Origin: a virus
Reading direction: 5' to 3' (one strand)
IMG/VR virus record: IMGVR_UViG_3300033075_001734
Coordinates: 1 to 51,691 of that record
DNA: 51,691 nt
Part shown: positions 28,782 through 38,979 of the stretch, piece by piece
How positions within the stretch are numbered: the first letter of the stretch is position 1
How the letters are laid out: every line of letters starts with the position of its first letter
Program-made: the position numbers and the translations under genes
The notes under the pieces: model-generated
Database searches by the model: none
Told to the model about the DNA's origin: nothing
What the model saw: the letters and a program-made list of their open reading frames with translations, nothing else

Positions 28782-29923
28782 TTTCCGATATAAATAAAGA
28801 ATTCGGAATTCGTTGTGCATATAATCTTGCTGAAACTGAAGCACCAACAACGGTTAAGCGTTGGCTTGATACTGGTTCAATTCAGTTAAATTATGCTATT
28901 CGTAATGCAGCAGGAGGTGGTTATCCAGAAGGAAGAATTATTGAAATTGCTGGTCCACCTTCGATTGGTAAGTCACACTTAGCTTATCATGCAGCAGCAA
29001 ATGCACAGTCATTAGGGGGTTTAGTTATTTATATCGATACAGAGAATGCAACCCCCGTTCAAAAACTTCAACAGATGGGAATTAATATTAAACGAGGGTT
29101 CGTTTTTCTTGATCTTCATGCAACAGAACACGTATTCAAAGCAATCGAAGATACAGTTCTTAAGGCGAAATCATTAACAAAAGACATACCAGTCGTTGTT
29201 ATCTGGGATTCAGTAGCAGCATCATCACCCCTTGCGGAACTTCAAGGTGAATATGAAAATAATACAATGGGTCTTCAAGCTCGCGTTATCAGCAAAGGAA
29301 TGCGTAAACTAACTGGCATCATCGGGCAAAATAATGTAACGCTATTATGTCTTAATCAATTACGTGATGCTATTGGTGTAATGCATGGTGATCCACAAAC
29401 AACGCCAGGTGGAAAAGCTATTCCATTTCATTCAAGTATTCGTATTCGTTTGAGTTCAGGCAGTCAAGTTAAAGACAAAAAAGGAAACGTTATTGGTATT
29501 CATGTAATAATGACTATCAAGAAAAACAAAGTTGCTCCTCCATTTAGAAAATATGAATTTGATATTATCTTTGGAAAAGGAATCGTTGAACATGAATATA
29601 TCTTTGATGAGGTTCGTGCTTATTGTGTTAACAATGAAGTATTAACTGATTATACACACCTTAAAAATGGTATATGTAAAGCAAAAATCAACGTATCAGG
29701 AACAAGTGCCTGGAAAGAACTTGTTGTTTCTGATGAATCAACGGGTGAAATAATTCTTGAAAAGAAGTTTTACAAGGCAGATTTTGGTGATCTAATGAAA
29801 GATCCTTTGTATAAACCTTTTCTTGACAAGGTAATTGAAGCGGCATATACGATTGTGAGTTCAACTGATTCAGAACATAATATTGAAGGTGAAGTTGTAG
29901 AAGACGAGGTTATAGATGAGTGA
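28697..29923 (+). CDS. RecA/UvsX-family recombinase (408 aa)
   Basis: DTGSIQLNYAIR..GGYPEGRIIEIAGPPSIGKSHLA carries the Walker A motif, followed by LVIYIDTENA. The segment LLCLNQLRDAIGVMHGDPQTTPGGKAIPFHSSIRIRL aligns with RecA NQIR.[26 protein letters not shown]. Confidence 0.8.
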   Translation: MAKKEKLQERNKQQDSTEIELDALTKALISDINKEFGIRCAYNLAETEAPTTVKRWLDTGSIQLNYAIRNAAGGGYPEGRIIEIAGPPSIGKSHLAYHAAANAQSLGGLVIYIDTENATPVQKLQQMGINIKRGFVFLDLHATEHVFKAIEDTVLKAKSLTKDIPVVVIWDSVAASSPLAELQGEYENNTMGLQARVISKGMRKLTGIIGQNNVTLLCLNQLRDAIGVMHGDPQTTPGGKAIPFHSSIRIRLSSGSQVKDKKGNVIGIHVIMTIKKNKVAPPFRKYEFDIIFGKGIVEHEYIFDEVRAYCVNNEVLTDYTHLKNGICKAKINVSGTSAWKELVVSDESTGEIILEKKFYKADFGDLMKDPLYKPFLDKVIEAAYTIVSSTDSEHNIEGEVVEDEVIDE

Positions 29924-30299
29924 TGCAACAAGATATTTTGTTCTTTTTGAAAAAGAGCGATTACCTCTTGATTCATCCGAAAACGTGCAAAGTGAATCAT
30001 TGGTTGAAAATATCAAAGCAATAGTTAATGATCTTCAAAAACTTGCATTTGCAAAATATGGTCGAGCTAAACGATTACAAAATGATTTGTTTGTCAATAA
30101 AAATTTGATGCCTTATCTTGAAAGTTCTGTATTGTTTCAGAAATCATCTGATAATTCATGTTATGGTAAAATTGCTGATATGAATATTCACTATGATCAT
30201 GTTCTTCATGAAGATCGAATTAGGATCGTATCAGAATTTGATGTCGAAGAAGATCCACCAAAAATGTATCATGGAACAGTAATGATCATCAAAGAGTGA
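29916..30299 (+). CDS. Hypothetical protein (127 aa)
   Basis: ORF with ATGA overlap to recombinase stop. Confidence 0.3.
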   Translation: MSDATRYFVLFEKERLPLDSSENVQSESLVENIKAIVNDLQKLAFAKYGRAKRLQNDLFVNKNLMPYLESSVLFQKSSDNSCYGKIADMNIHYDHVLHEDRIRIVSEFDVEEDPPKMYHGTVMIIKE

Positions 30300-30989
30300 T
30301 TATTTCTTTGTTGTCCCGTCACGAGCATTTGCTGTAATTGCACTTGATGTTGCAGTTTTAAACGTGACGGGAGATTTTGAATAATATTTGTCAAATACTT
30401 CTCCCGTAAATCCATAATCAAGTAAAACAACTCTACCATCGGGCGTCTTACCCCAGTGTTCAACGTTGTCTACATCTCCAAACATTAGATCATTTGATTT
30501 AACTGTTGATCTTGCCGCAATTGACAAAGGAGTTTGTGGTTTATCATCATCCCATACACCGTCAATAAATTCTTGCCAGGGTTCACCACTAATTTGTTCA
30601 AATTCTTCTTCTGATTTGATTGGATTTACAACGTCAGAAATCAACCATTTATAATCATGATCATAGTCGTGAATTTTAGCAACAACTTCTTTTGTTTTAG
30701 GGTTTGTATAAACTGAAGCTTCGGTTTCATTTTGTGCAAGTCCTTTTTTGTTTATTGCAATCTTGAGCACATATCGTCCAGATAAAAGGTATGCTGCTCT
30801 TGAACTACCTTGCCCGAGTTTATTTAAAAATCTTTTAGCATAGGAATTCAATACGTGAATATTATCAATATTCTTGAAAGTTTCGAGATTAAACCGTGTA
30901 CCAAAAGATTGTTTTATATCATGCACATATTTGCTTTTTATTCTTTCAACCATAAGCTGTATACACTCTGCCAATAGTCCGTTGTTCAT
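30300..30989 (-). CDS. Small atypical protein-kinase-like protein (229 aa); the only minus-strand gene
   Basis: It has a Gly-rich loop (LGQGSSRAAYLL), then the Lys motif YVLKIA (VAIK-like), a downstream D..N (GDVDNVEHW) and a DFG-like LLDYGFT. Its size is like RIO/Bud32-type kinases. It is convergent with the upstream genes and divergent from the FEN gene. Confidence 0.35.
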   Translation of the reverse strand: MNNGLLAECIQLMVERIKSKYVHDIKQSFGTRFNLETFKNIDNIHVLNSYAKRFLNKLGQGSSRAAYLLSGRYVLKIAINKKGLAQNETEASVYTNPKTKEVVAKIHDYDHDYKWLISDVVNPIKSEEEFEQISGEPWQEFIDGVWDDDKPQTPLSIAARSTVKSNDLMFGDVDNVEHWGKTPDGRVVLLDYGFTGEVFDKYYSKSPVTFKTATSSAITANARDGTTKK

Positions 30990-31039
30990 GTTGATAAATA
31001 GTAGTTGTTCTGAGATTGCAAATAGATTAGAATAAATAA

Positions 31040-31993
31040 ATGAATAATGTTCAACAAAATCCTATTCTCATTGTTGATGGGTTAAATCTTTTTGTACGTA
31101 GTTATAGTGCATATCCTGCGATGTCAACACACGGATATCAAATGGGCGGTTGTGTTGGGTTTCTTAAAACTTTAAAACGTATTACGTTTGAAATGCAACC
31201 TTCTGCGATTTATATTTGTTGGGAGTCAGGAGGCTCACAAAAAAGACGAAAACTTTATTCTGAATATAAACTCAACAGACGTCCAGACAAGGTAAATCGT
31301 TTTTATGAAGATGATATTCCCGAATCTGACGACAATCAAAAACATCAATTGATCGCATTATTGGCAATGATAAAATATGCTCCTGCGTGTCAAATATATG
31401 TTCAAGATTGCGAAGGTGATGATGTTATAGCGTATCTTTGTAGAGGACGTTTTAGGATGATTGATAAAATTATTGCTTCATCTGACAAAGACATGTATCA
31501 ACTTGTTGATGAAAAAACGAGAATATATAGTTTTCATAAAAAGACATTCGTAAAAGAAGAAGATGTTTTGAGTGAATTTCGTGTAACAGCACAGAATTTT
31601 GCATTGGCAAAAACATTGTGTGGTGATCCTTCAGACAACATTCCTGGAATTAAAGGATTGGGATTTAAGACAATTGCAAAATTGTTTCCATTTTTGGGGT
31701 CAGAAGAAGTTGTTCTTTTACAAGACGTTTTGAATTATGCCGAAGCTCACAAAGAAGATAATCACATGTATAAGCGGATTCTTGATAATAAAGATGTCGT
31801 TCAAAGGAATTGGAAATTAGTTTATCTTGATGGGGGAATGTTAACAGCATTGCAATCGTCACAAGTTGATAATATCATTAGTACATTTGCACCTAAAATT
31901 GATAAGGTCGGTTTAGTAAAGCAATTGGTTAAAGAAGGTCTTGGCAATTTTGATGTTGAAGACTTTTTTTATTCTTTTAATGGTTTAAAATGA
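31040..31993 (+). CDS. 5'-3' exonuclease / flap endonuclease (RNase H-like, T4 rnh / Pol I 5' exo family)
   Basis: It has ILIVDGLNLFVRSY ... YKLNRR and a helix-3turn-helix (LCGDPSDNIPGIKGLGFKTIAKL). Confidence 0.8.
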   Translation: MNNVQQNPILIVDGLNLFVRSYSAYPAMSTHGYQMGGCVGFLKTLKRITFEMQPSAIYICWESGGSQKRRKLYSEYKLNRRPDKVNRFYEDDIPESDDNQKHQLIALLAMIKYAPACQIYVQDCEGDDVIAYLCRGRFRMIDKIIASSDKDMYQLVDEKTRIYSFHKKTFVKEEDVLSEFRVTAQNFALAKTLCGDPSDNIPGIKGLGFKTIAKLFPFLGSEEVVLLQDVLNYAEAHKEDNHMYKRILDNKDVVQRNWKLVYLDGGMLTALQSSQVDNIISTFAPKIDKVGLVKQLVKEGLGNFDVEDFFYSFNGLK

Positions 31994-33402
31994 CGGAATT
32001 ACAGAATACAACGTTTGGACAGTTTGGGCGAAATTTTCAAGAAAAAATTATGCAAGCATTATTGTCAGATAGACAATTTGCAGAACAAATGCTTGAAGTA
32101 TTAGATGTTGAATATTTTGATCTGAAATATTTAATATTTCTTTCAGATCGTTATTTTGCGTACGCGAAGAAATATAAAGTTTTCCCTACGTTACAATTAC
32201 TTGTTACAATTGTTCGCGATGAATTAAAATCAGGAACTGAATCATCATTACGTGATCAAATTATTGATTACTTACAAAGGATGAAATCAGATCCAGATAC
32301 TGGTGATTTGATTTATGTAAAAGAAAAAGCGCTTGAATTTTGTAGAAAACAGGCTTTAAAACATGCGCTTGAAAATGCAGTTGATCAAATGGCTGCGAAT
32401 AAATATGAACAGATTGTTGAGGAGATCAAAAAAGCTGTTTGTGTTGGAACTACACCTGCTTTAGGTCATGATTTTTTTGAAGATTATGAAAGTAGATTTA
32501 CGCTTTTACAACGTAATTGTGTTACAACAGGGTTACCTGAACTTGATAAAAAAGAAATTCTTAACGGTGGTTTGGGTGCTGGTGAACTTGGTTGCATTGT
32601 CGCCTCGACAGGCGTTGGCAAAAGCCATATGCTTACATTTTTGGGCGCTTCGGCACTAAAAGTGGGTGTTAATGTTTTACATTATACGTTTGAACTTTCT
32701 GAATCTGCGGTTGGTAGAAGATATGATTCGAATCTTTGTGAAATTGATTCAAATGACATCATTGAAAATAAAGAAAAAGTATTAGAAAAATACAAATCAA
32801 CATCATTGGGAAAATTGATGATCAAGGAATTTCCAACTAACACGGCGAGTATTTATACGATAAGAAGTCACCTTGAAAGATTAGACTTAAAAGGGTTTCG
32901 TCCCGGATTGATAATCATTGACTATGCTGATATCATGCGTTCAACGCGTCAGTATGATTCATTAAGACATGAATTAAAACTTGTATATGAAGAATTACGT
33001 GGTTTAGCAAGTGAAAAACAATTAGGAATCTGGACAGCGAGTCAGTCTAATAAAGAAGGTTCATCAGCAGAAATTGTTGATTTAAGTAATATGTCTGAAG
33101 CGTACGGAAAAGCAATGGTTGCAGACGTTGTTATTAGTATTTCTAGACGCGCTCACGAAAAATCATCAGGAATAGGAAGATTGTTTGTTGCAAAAAACAG
33201 AGCTGGTCGTGATGGTCTTGTTTATCCTTTGAAAATTGATACTGCAAGAAGTAATTTTGAAATTACTGGTGGACCAGGTGGATTTGACGAGGCAAAGAAT
33301 TCTGATGATAATTCAATGAAAAAAGCGCTTAGAGCGAAGTGGGAAGAATTACGCAATGATCCTGTTTTTCAAAAGAAAAAAGATGATGATGAAGTTTTAT
33401 AA
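31990..33402 (+). CDS. DnaB-family replicative DNA helicase (470 aa)
   Basis: It has Walker A (GELGCIVASTGVGKSHML), LIIIDYADIM (Walker B), and a RecA-like C-terminal domain. It has an ATGA overlap with the FEN gene. Confidence 0.7.
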   Translation: MTELQNTTFGQFGRNFQEKIMQALLSDRQFAEQMLEVLDVEYFDLKYLIFLSDRYFAYAKKYKVFPTLQLLVTIVRDELKSGTESSLRDQIIDYLQRMKSDPDTGDLIYVKEKALEFCRKQALKHALENAVDQMAANKYEQIVEEIKKAVCVGTTPALGHDFFEDYESRFTLLQRNCVTTGLPELDKKEILNGGLGAGELGCIVASTGVGKSHMLTFLGASALKVGVNVLHYTFELSESAVGRRYDSNLCEIDSNDIIENKEKVLEKYKSTSLGKLMIKEFPTNTASIYTIRSHLERLDLKGFRPGLIIIDYADIMRSTRQYDSLRHELKLVYEELRGLASEKQLGIWTASQSNKEGSSAEIVDLSNMSEAYGKAMVADVVISISRRAHEKSSGIGRLFVAKNRAGRDGLVYPLKIDTARSNFEITGGPGGFDEAKNSDDNSMKKALRAKWEELRNDPVFQKKKDDDEVL

Positions 33403-33455
33403 TTTGTATGATATGTATTCTTCTCTCGTTTTGAGTAAATTTCACGGTAAGTAAT

Positions 33456-35954
33456 ATGAAAAAATATACGTATGAAGAAGTTAGAAATGCATCCATAAAT
33501 TATTTTAATGGTGATACACTTGCAGCAGATGTTTTTGCAGGAAAATATGCACTTCAAGATTTAGAAGGCAATCTTTATGAATTAACGCCTAAAGATATGC
33601 ACAATCGAATTGCTTCTGAATTCGCTCGTATTGAACAGAATTATCCTAATCCATTATCAGAACAAGAAATTTTTGAAATGTTGAATTCGTGGGATGTTGT
33701 TCCACAAGGTAGTCCAATGTCTGCGATTGGTAATCCTTTTCAGGTTCAATCATTATCAAATTGTTTTGTCATTGAATCACCGTATGATTCCTATGGTGGA
33801 ATTCTTAAAACAGATCAAGAACAAGTTCAGATTATGAAACGTCGTGGAGGTGTTGGAATTGATCTTTCAACACTTAGACCATTTGGACTTCAGGTTGCTA
33901 ATGCAGCAAGATCATCAGATGGTATTGGTTCCTTTATGGAACGTTATAGCAACACAACTAGAGAAGTTGCCCAAGGTGGAAGACGTGGTGCTTTGATGTT
34001 GTCTATTTCTTGTCATCACCCAGATGTTATGACATTTGTAAATATCAAACGTGATACAACAAAAGTGACGGGAGCAAATGTGTCTGTTCGTATTACTGAT
34101 GAATTTATGAATGCAGTTAAAAATGACGAACTATACGAACAAAGATTTCCTGTTGAAAAAGATGCAAAACATCAAGTTAAGAAGCTAGTTTCAGCTCGTG
34201 AAATTTGGAAAAATATCGTAAAAGCAATGCGTGATTGTTCTGAGCCGGGAATGTTATTTTGGGACAGAATAACGAGCTATTCACCTGCTGACTCATACGC
34301 ATCAAAAGGATTTAAAACAACGTCGACAAATCCTTGTGCAGAATTACCGCTAAGTTGTAATGACAGTTGTAGATTAATTTTGATCAACTTAAAGAACTTT
34401 GTTGTTGAACCCTTTACTGAAAATGCGTATTTTGATTTCAATAGATTTTATGAAGTCGCGCATAAATCACAACGTTTAATGGATGATCTTGTTGATCTAG
34501 AAATTGAAGCAATTGATAAAATCATTGAAAAAGTAAAATCAGATCCTGAACCTGAATCTATTAAAAGGATGGAATTAGAACTGTGGAATCGAATTAGACA
34601 ATCTGCAGTTAATGGGCGTCGAACTGGTCTTGGAATTACTGCGCTTGGAGATGTTTTTGCACATTTAAATTTGAAATATGATTCAATTGAGTCAATTGCT
34701 TTAACAACTGAAATATACAGAACATTGGCGTTAAGTTCATATTATTCATCAGTTGTTCTTGCTTCAGAACGTGGAACATTTCCTGCATTTTCACATAAAC
34801 TTGAAAAAGACGATAAATTCATAAATCATTTATTATCTGTTGATGATGATTTAACAGAACAAACTGGACTCGGGTCACTAAAAGAAATGTATCTGAAACA
34901 TGGCCGACGCAACATTGCAAATTTAACAACAGCACCAGCGGGATCAGTTTCAATTCTTACACAAACAACTTCAGGTTGCGAACCGGTTTTATTTTTAAAG
35001 GCCCACCGCAAACGTAAAGTTAATCCAAACGACAAATTGGCATCGATTGATGAAATTGACAAGATGGGTGATAAATGGCAACATTATGATGTTTATCATG
35101 AAGGTGTTAAAAAATGGATGGAAATTACAGGAAAATCTGATGTAACACAATCGCCCTATCACGGTTCAACAGTTGAAGAAATTGATTATCTAAAAAAGAT
35201 AAAAATTCAGGCTGCTGCACAAGAATGGTTAGATCACAGCGTTTCAAACACTTTAAACCTACCAAATAACGTTACGACTGAAGAAGTTGAAGAAGTTTGC
35301 ATGAAGGCATGGGAACTTGGGTGTAAGGGCATTACAGTATACCGCATTGGATCAAGGGATGCAGTCATTTTAAAGCAACAAGAGACCCACGAGCAGACCC
35401 AGGAAATTCTTGTAACTAAAGCGCCTAAAAGACCTAAAGTATTACCTTGTGATATTCAGAGGGTCACCGTACAAGGTGAAACGTATCTTGTTCTTGTTGG
35501 ATTAATGAATGGGAAACCATATGAAGTTTTTGCAGGACTTCAAGAACATGTTTTGCTTCCTAGGAAGATTAAGACGGGATCTCTGATCAAAAACGGAAAA
35601 GGAAAAGACGGCGTTGTAACGTACAATCTTTCAATTCAAATTGATGATGAAGAACTTGTATTCAAAGATATTGTTAATCTGTTCGATAATAAAATTCACG
35701 GTGCATTTACGAGAACAATTTCACTTGCTCTCAGACACGGCACACCAGTTCAATTTTTGTGTGAACAGTTAAGAAAAGATAAGAATAGCGATATTACTTC
35801 ATTTTCAAATTGTATAGCAAGAGTATTGAAATCATATGTTCCTGACGGCGTAAGTTCATCATCAGAAAAAACATGTCCTACCTGTAATTCAACGGGATTA
35901 ATTTATCAACAAGGATGTCCACAATGTAATAATTGTGGGTGGAGCAAATGTTGA
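33456..35954 (+). CDS. Ribonucleotide reductase large subunit, probably class II (NrdJ-like), 832 aa
   Basis: The RNR active-site region is TSTNPCAELPLSCNDSCRLILINL (NPCGE...C.L.S.NL). A C-terminal Cys cluster (CPTCNST...CPQCNNCGWSKC) is present. No separate small-subunit gene is adjacent. Confidence 0.7.
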   Translation: MKKYTYEEVRNASINYFNGDTLAADVFAGKYALQDLEGNLYELTPKDMHNRIASEFARIEQNYPNPLSEQEIFEMLNSWDVVPQGSPMSAIGNPFQVQSLSNCFVIESPYDSYGGILKTDQEQVQIMKRRGGVGIDLSTLRPFGLQVANAARSSDGIGSFMERYSNTTREVAQGGRRGALMLSISCHHPDVMTFVNIKRDTTKVTGANVSVRITDEFMNAVKNDELYEQRFPVEKDAKHQVKKLVSAREIWKNIVKAMRDCSEPGMLFWDRITSYSPADSYASKGFKTTSTNPCAELPLSCNDSCRLILINLKNFVVEPFTENAYFDFNRFYEVAHKSQRLMDDLVDLEIEAIDKIIEKVKSDPEPESIKRMELELWNRIRQSAVNGRRTGLGITALGDVFAHLNLKYDSIESIALTTEIYRTLALSSYYSSVVLASERGTFPAFSHKLEKDDKFINHLLSVDDDLTEQTGLGSLKEMYLKHGRRNIANLTTAPAGSVSILTQTTSGCEPVLFLKAHRKRKVNPNDKLASIDEIDKMGDKWQHYDVYHEGVKKWMEITGKSDVTQSPYHGSTVEEIDYLKKIKIQAAAQEWLDHSVSNTLNLPNNVTTEEVEEVCMKAWELGCKGITVYRIGSRDAVILKQQETHEQTQEILVTKAPKRPKVLPCDIQRVTVQGETYLVLVGLMNGKPYEVFAGLQEHVLLPRKIKTGSLIKNGKGKDGVVTYNLSIQIDDEELVFKDIVNLFDNKIHGAFTRTISLALRHGTPVQFLCEQLRKDKNSDITSFSNCIARVLKSYVPDGVSSSSEKTCPTCNSTGLIYQQGCPQCNNCGWSKC

Positions 35955-35994
35955 AGTTTTTAGTTTAATAGCGATATATATTGTTTGAGGAAAA

Positions 35995-36441
35995 ATGAAA
36001 CTAACTCCAAATATGTTACGTGGGTTGATTAAAGAAGCGATTCAGAGTCGTGAGCCTGGTTCTCCGCTTTGGACTCCTGAGAAAACAAAAAGAACAAGAA
36101 AAACTGAAGCGTTCGGCGCGTTCAACGCTGAACCAGTTCCTTATAGTCCCTCGTCGAGAACCCGCCGTGCCCCAGTAGAAATGAAAGACATTAATTTTGA
36201 AAGTGCTCATAAAGAATTATTTTCGCAAGCATTGAATTCTGTTGTTGAAGAATTTATAGAAACAATGCGCGAAAGATTTGATTCAGAATATAATCCCCTA
36301 GGCGAACCAGATGAAGATGGTACAACTGAACACATGATGGGTGAATTTGAATCTGAACTTGCCTATATTTCTGAAGAAATGCGTGAAGATTTATTGAAAT
36401 CAATTTCAGAATGGTTAAAAACTGCAGAAGATCGACTGTAA
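35995..36441 (+). CDS. Hypothetical protein (148 aa)
   Basis: RBS ggaaaa; N-terminus MKLTPNMLRGLIKE paralogous to next ORF. Confidence 0.35.
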   Translation: MKLTPNMLRGLIKEAIQSREPGSPLWTPEKTKRTRKTEAFGAFNAEPVPYSPSSRTRRAPVEMKDINFESAHKELFSQALNSVVEEFIETMRERFDSEYNPLGEPDEDGTTEHMMGEFESELAYISEEMREDLLKSISEWLKTAEDRL

Positions 36442-36708
36442 ATGAAATTAACACAAGAACAATTGCGAGAACTCATAAAAGAAGAATATCTCAGGGGAAT
36501 TCCTGAATTTACTCTTCGTCAAGCAACAACAAAATACGTTGAAGATATTCGAAAGCAATTGTTTAGATATATTATGATGAATAAATCATTAACTGGACAG
36601 TCGCAACGAGAAGCTTTAAGTGCAGCGAATGAAGTTCTTGAAGATCTTGAAGAAAAAGCAAATGACTTGCTTGAAGAACAATTATTTGAATTTACAAGAA
36701 AAATATAA
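36442..36708 (+). CDS. Hypothetical protein (88 aa), N-terminal paralog of previous
   Basis: MKLTQEQLRELIKE start; abuts previous stop. Confidence 0.35.
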   Translation: MKLTQEQLRELIKEEYLRGIPEFTLRQATTKYVEDIRKQLFRYIMMNKSLTGQSQREALSAANEVLEDLEEKANDLLEEQLFEFTRKI

Positions 36709-36758
36709 AATGAAACTTACTCGTGGACGATGAGTAAATAAAGATTAGATGAACAAAG

Positions 36759-36788
36759 TGCCATGTTAGATTAAGTTTTAACATGGCA
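36759..36788 (+). promoter_or_regulatory. 10-bp hairpin (TGCCATGTTA ... TAACATGGCA) whose 3' arm contains the thyX start codon
   Basis: Seen directly; ATG 36783-36785 lies inside the 3' arm. Confidence 0.4.
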
Positions 36789-37610
36789 TATTCAGTAAAA
36801 GTACTAAAAGACAGTATAAATTCAAATAAGCAAAGATTAACAACATTAGAAATAACCTTCCCACGATGTGTTTTAAGCGAATTTAATACACATAGAATGT
36901 TTTCACGTAATAGCTCTTCAAGTCGAGCGATTCCAATTGAAAAAATAATTAAGCGTGTTACTGAAGATCCTTTTATTCCTGTTTATTGGGGGAAAAATAA
37001 AAGTGGTATGCAGGCAACTGAAGAATTATCGTTTAGAGAGCAAGATGTTGCAAAAGAAAAATGGTTGTTTGCAATGAAGGCTGCAGTTAACAGTGTATAT
37101 CAACTGCTTGCACTTAACGTTCATAAACAAATTTCTAATAGAATTCTTGAACCATGGATGTGGCAAACAGTAATTGTAACTGCAACTGAATGGGAAAATT
37201 TCTTTGCACTTCGCTGTCATCCTGACGCACAACCCGAAATTAGAAAAGCAGCAGTTATGATGAAAGATGCAATGAATAATTCAACGCCAACACCAATTAA
37301 ATACGGTGATTGGCATTTACCTTTGGTTGATGATTTAATTCAGTTACGTGTGGATAAGTTTGATCTTGAAGACATAAAACGAATAAGTGTTGGTCGTTGT
37401 GCTCGAGTGAGTTATTTGACCCACGATGGAAAACGCGATCCAAAAGCCGATATAGAATTATGCAATAAATTGTTGAAAGGTGGTCATATGTCTCCGTTTG
37501 AACATGTTGCAACACCTGATTCTGGAATTCAAAATAGCAATTTCATAGGATGGAAACAATTTCGAAAAGAACTTCCTAATGAAAGCATATTCAAAGGTGA
37601 AGTAAAATGA
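36783..37610 (+). CDS. thyX: Flavin-dependent thymidylate synthase ThyX
   Basis: The ThyX signature RHR-x7-S-x-R is present (NTHRMFSRNSSSSRAIP). The length of 275 aa is typical. Confidence 0.75.
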   Translation: MAYSVKVLKDSINSNKQRLTTLEITFPRCVLSEFNTHRMFSRNSSSSRAIPIEKIIKRVTEDPFIPVYWGKNKSGMQATEELSFREQDVAKEKWLFAMKAAVNSVYQLLALNVHKQISNRILEPWMWQTVIVTATEWENFFALRCHPDAQPEIRKAAVMMKDAMNNSTPTPIKYGDWHLPLVDDLIQLRVDKFDLEDIKRISVGRCARVSYLTHDGKRDPKADIELCNKLLKGGHMSPFEHVATPDSGIQNSNFIGWKQFRKELPNESIFKGEVK

Positions 37611-38197
37611 GCCTTGCAAAAATAATTTGTATAGAAGGCCCAGATCAAATGGGTAAACAAACGCAAGCAAGTCTATTGTTCTTAGATTTAAGAAGTTCTG
37701 TGTTAAGGGAAATTCCATTTAACGATCATTTTACATACTCTTTAATTTATTTCATGCTTGAAAATGGATTTGCAAAACGATTTCACAATTTATTTCAATT
37801 TGTTCAATTTTGTAATAAACTCTTGTTTCAATGTCTACACTTGTTTCCAATGATGTTTATGTATGATTTTATCATATTGGATCGTTGGTATGCATCATCT
37901 ATTGTTTATGGTGATGCAACGGGTGTCAATAAACGATTTAATCGTATGTTACAAAAATTGTTAATCAAACCTGATGTTACTTTTATTCTTGAAGGACAAC
38001 GATATAAACGCCCATATGAAAAAAATGATTCATATGAAAAAGATACTCTTCTTCAAAATTCTGTTAAATTAGGTTACAAATTATTTTCTATGAACGCCTA
38101 TAATAACGCCGTGATGATAAACAATGAAGGAACACCGAGTGATGTTCATGATAAAATCATACAAGAATTACTGCGTTTACAAATCATAAATCTATGA
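37607..38197 (+). CDS. Thymidylate kinase-like / deoxynucleotide kinase
   Basis: It has a P-loop (IICIEGPDQMGKQTQ) and LDRWYASSIVYG (a DRY-like lid). It has an ATGA overlap with thyX. Confidence 0.55.
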   Translation: MSLAKIICIEGPDQMGKQTQASLLFLDLRSSVLREIPFNDHFTYSLIYFMLENGFAKRFHNLFQFVQFCNKLLFQCLHLFPMMFMYDFIILDRWYASSIVYGDATGVNKRFNRMLQKLLIKPDVTFILEGQRYKRPYEKNDSYEKDTLLQNSVKLGYKLFSMNAYNNAVMINNEGTPSDVHDKIIQELLRLQIINL

Positions 38198-38220
38198 TAG
38201 ATTTTAACAAGGAGAAATAA

Positions 38221-38457
38221 ATGTATAAATTATCAGATAGTGTTTCAATGCGTCTTGTTCAAATTTTTCAAGAAGCAATTATGACCGGCTGCGACGGCGC
38301 CGACCTATTAAGACAAGTAAGATTGCAAGTATCAGATAAAGAATTTGATACACTTGTATTAACACCGGAATACGTTAAACTTGTAAAACAAAGTCACGAT
38401 GAATTAGAAAAACGCGCAAAAGAACTTGCTGAGCAACGTAATGTTGACGTTGACTGA
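38221..38457 (+). CDS. Hypothetical protein (78 aa)
   Basis: RBS aaggagaaataa-ATG. Confidence 0.35.
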   Translation: MYKLSDSVSMRLVQIFQEAIMTGCDGADLLRQVRLQVSDKEFDTLVLTPEYVKLVKQSHDELEKRAKELAEQRNVDVD

Positions 38458-38527
38458 AATCATCTGTTTAGGTTTAATTTTATTTTTGTGTATTATTTTT
38501 CCGGGAGATAAAACAGCAGATTACATT

Positions 38528-38920
38528 ATGGACAATACTAAACACGATATATCAAATGATCAATTTAAGTTAATGTGGGATCAACAACATGAATTCATGA
38601 AGTTGTTAAAAGAAAAACGTAACTTCCCGGAATTTCCAGTTGACGTAACTTCAAAACAAGGTCAAAAATTACTTGATGATATTACATTTCATATTATGAA
38701 AGAATTGTTTGAATCGAATCAACATTTGAAAAATTCAAAATCACATCGAATAACAAACGTTCCTGACTTTGATAGAAGCGCATATATTGAAGAACTTGTT
38801 GATGCATTTCATTTACAACTTGAAATTTGTATTGCTGCAGGAATTACTAGAGAAGAATTTTTTGAAGCATATATGAAAAAAGGTGATGTTAATACAAAAC
38901 GCATAAAAAGTAATTATTAA
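38528..38920 (+). CDS. Possible MazG-like / all-alpha NTP pyrophosphohydrolase
   Basis: Acidic helix motifs (ITFHIMKELFESNQ ... EELVDAFHLQLEICIAAGIT) resemble MazG/dimeric-dUTPase-like proteins. The tracked ORF from 38426 looks over-extended (it has a hydrophobic read-through). Confidence 0.3.
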   Translation: MDNTKHDISNDQFKLMWDQQHEFMKLLKEKRNFPEFPVDVTSKQGQKLLDDITFHIMKELFESNQHLKNSKSHRITNVPDFDRSAYIEELVDAFHLQLEICIAAGITREEFFEAYMKKGDVNTKRIKSNY

Positions 38921-38979
38921 AGGTGTACTTCTTAAAAAATGTGAATTATCCTATCTTTACCCTTAAAAGGAGAATAAAT

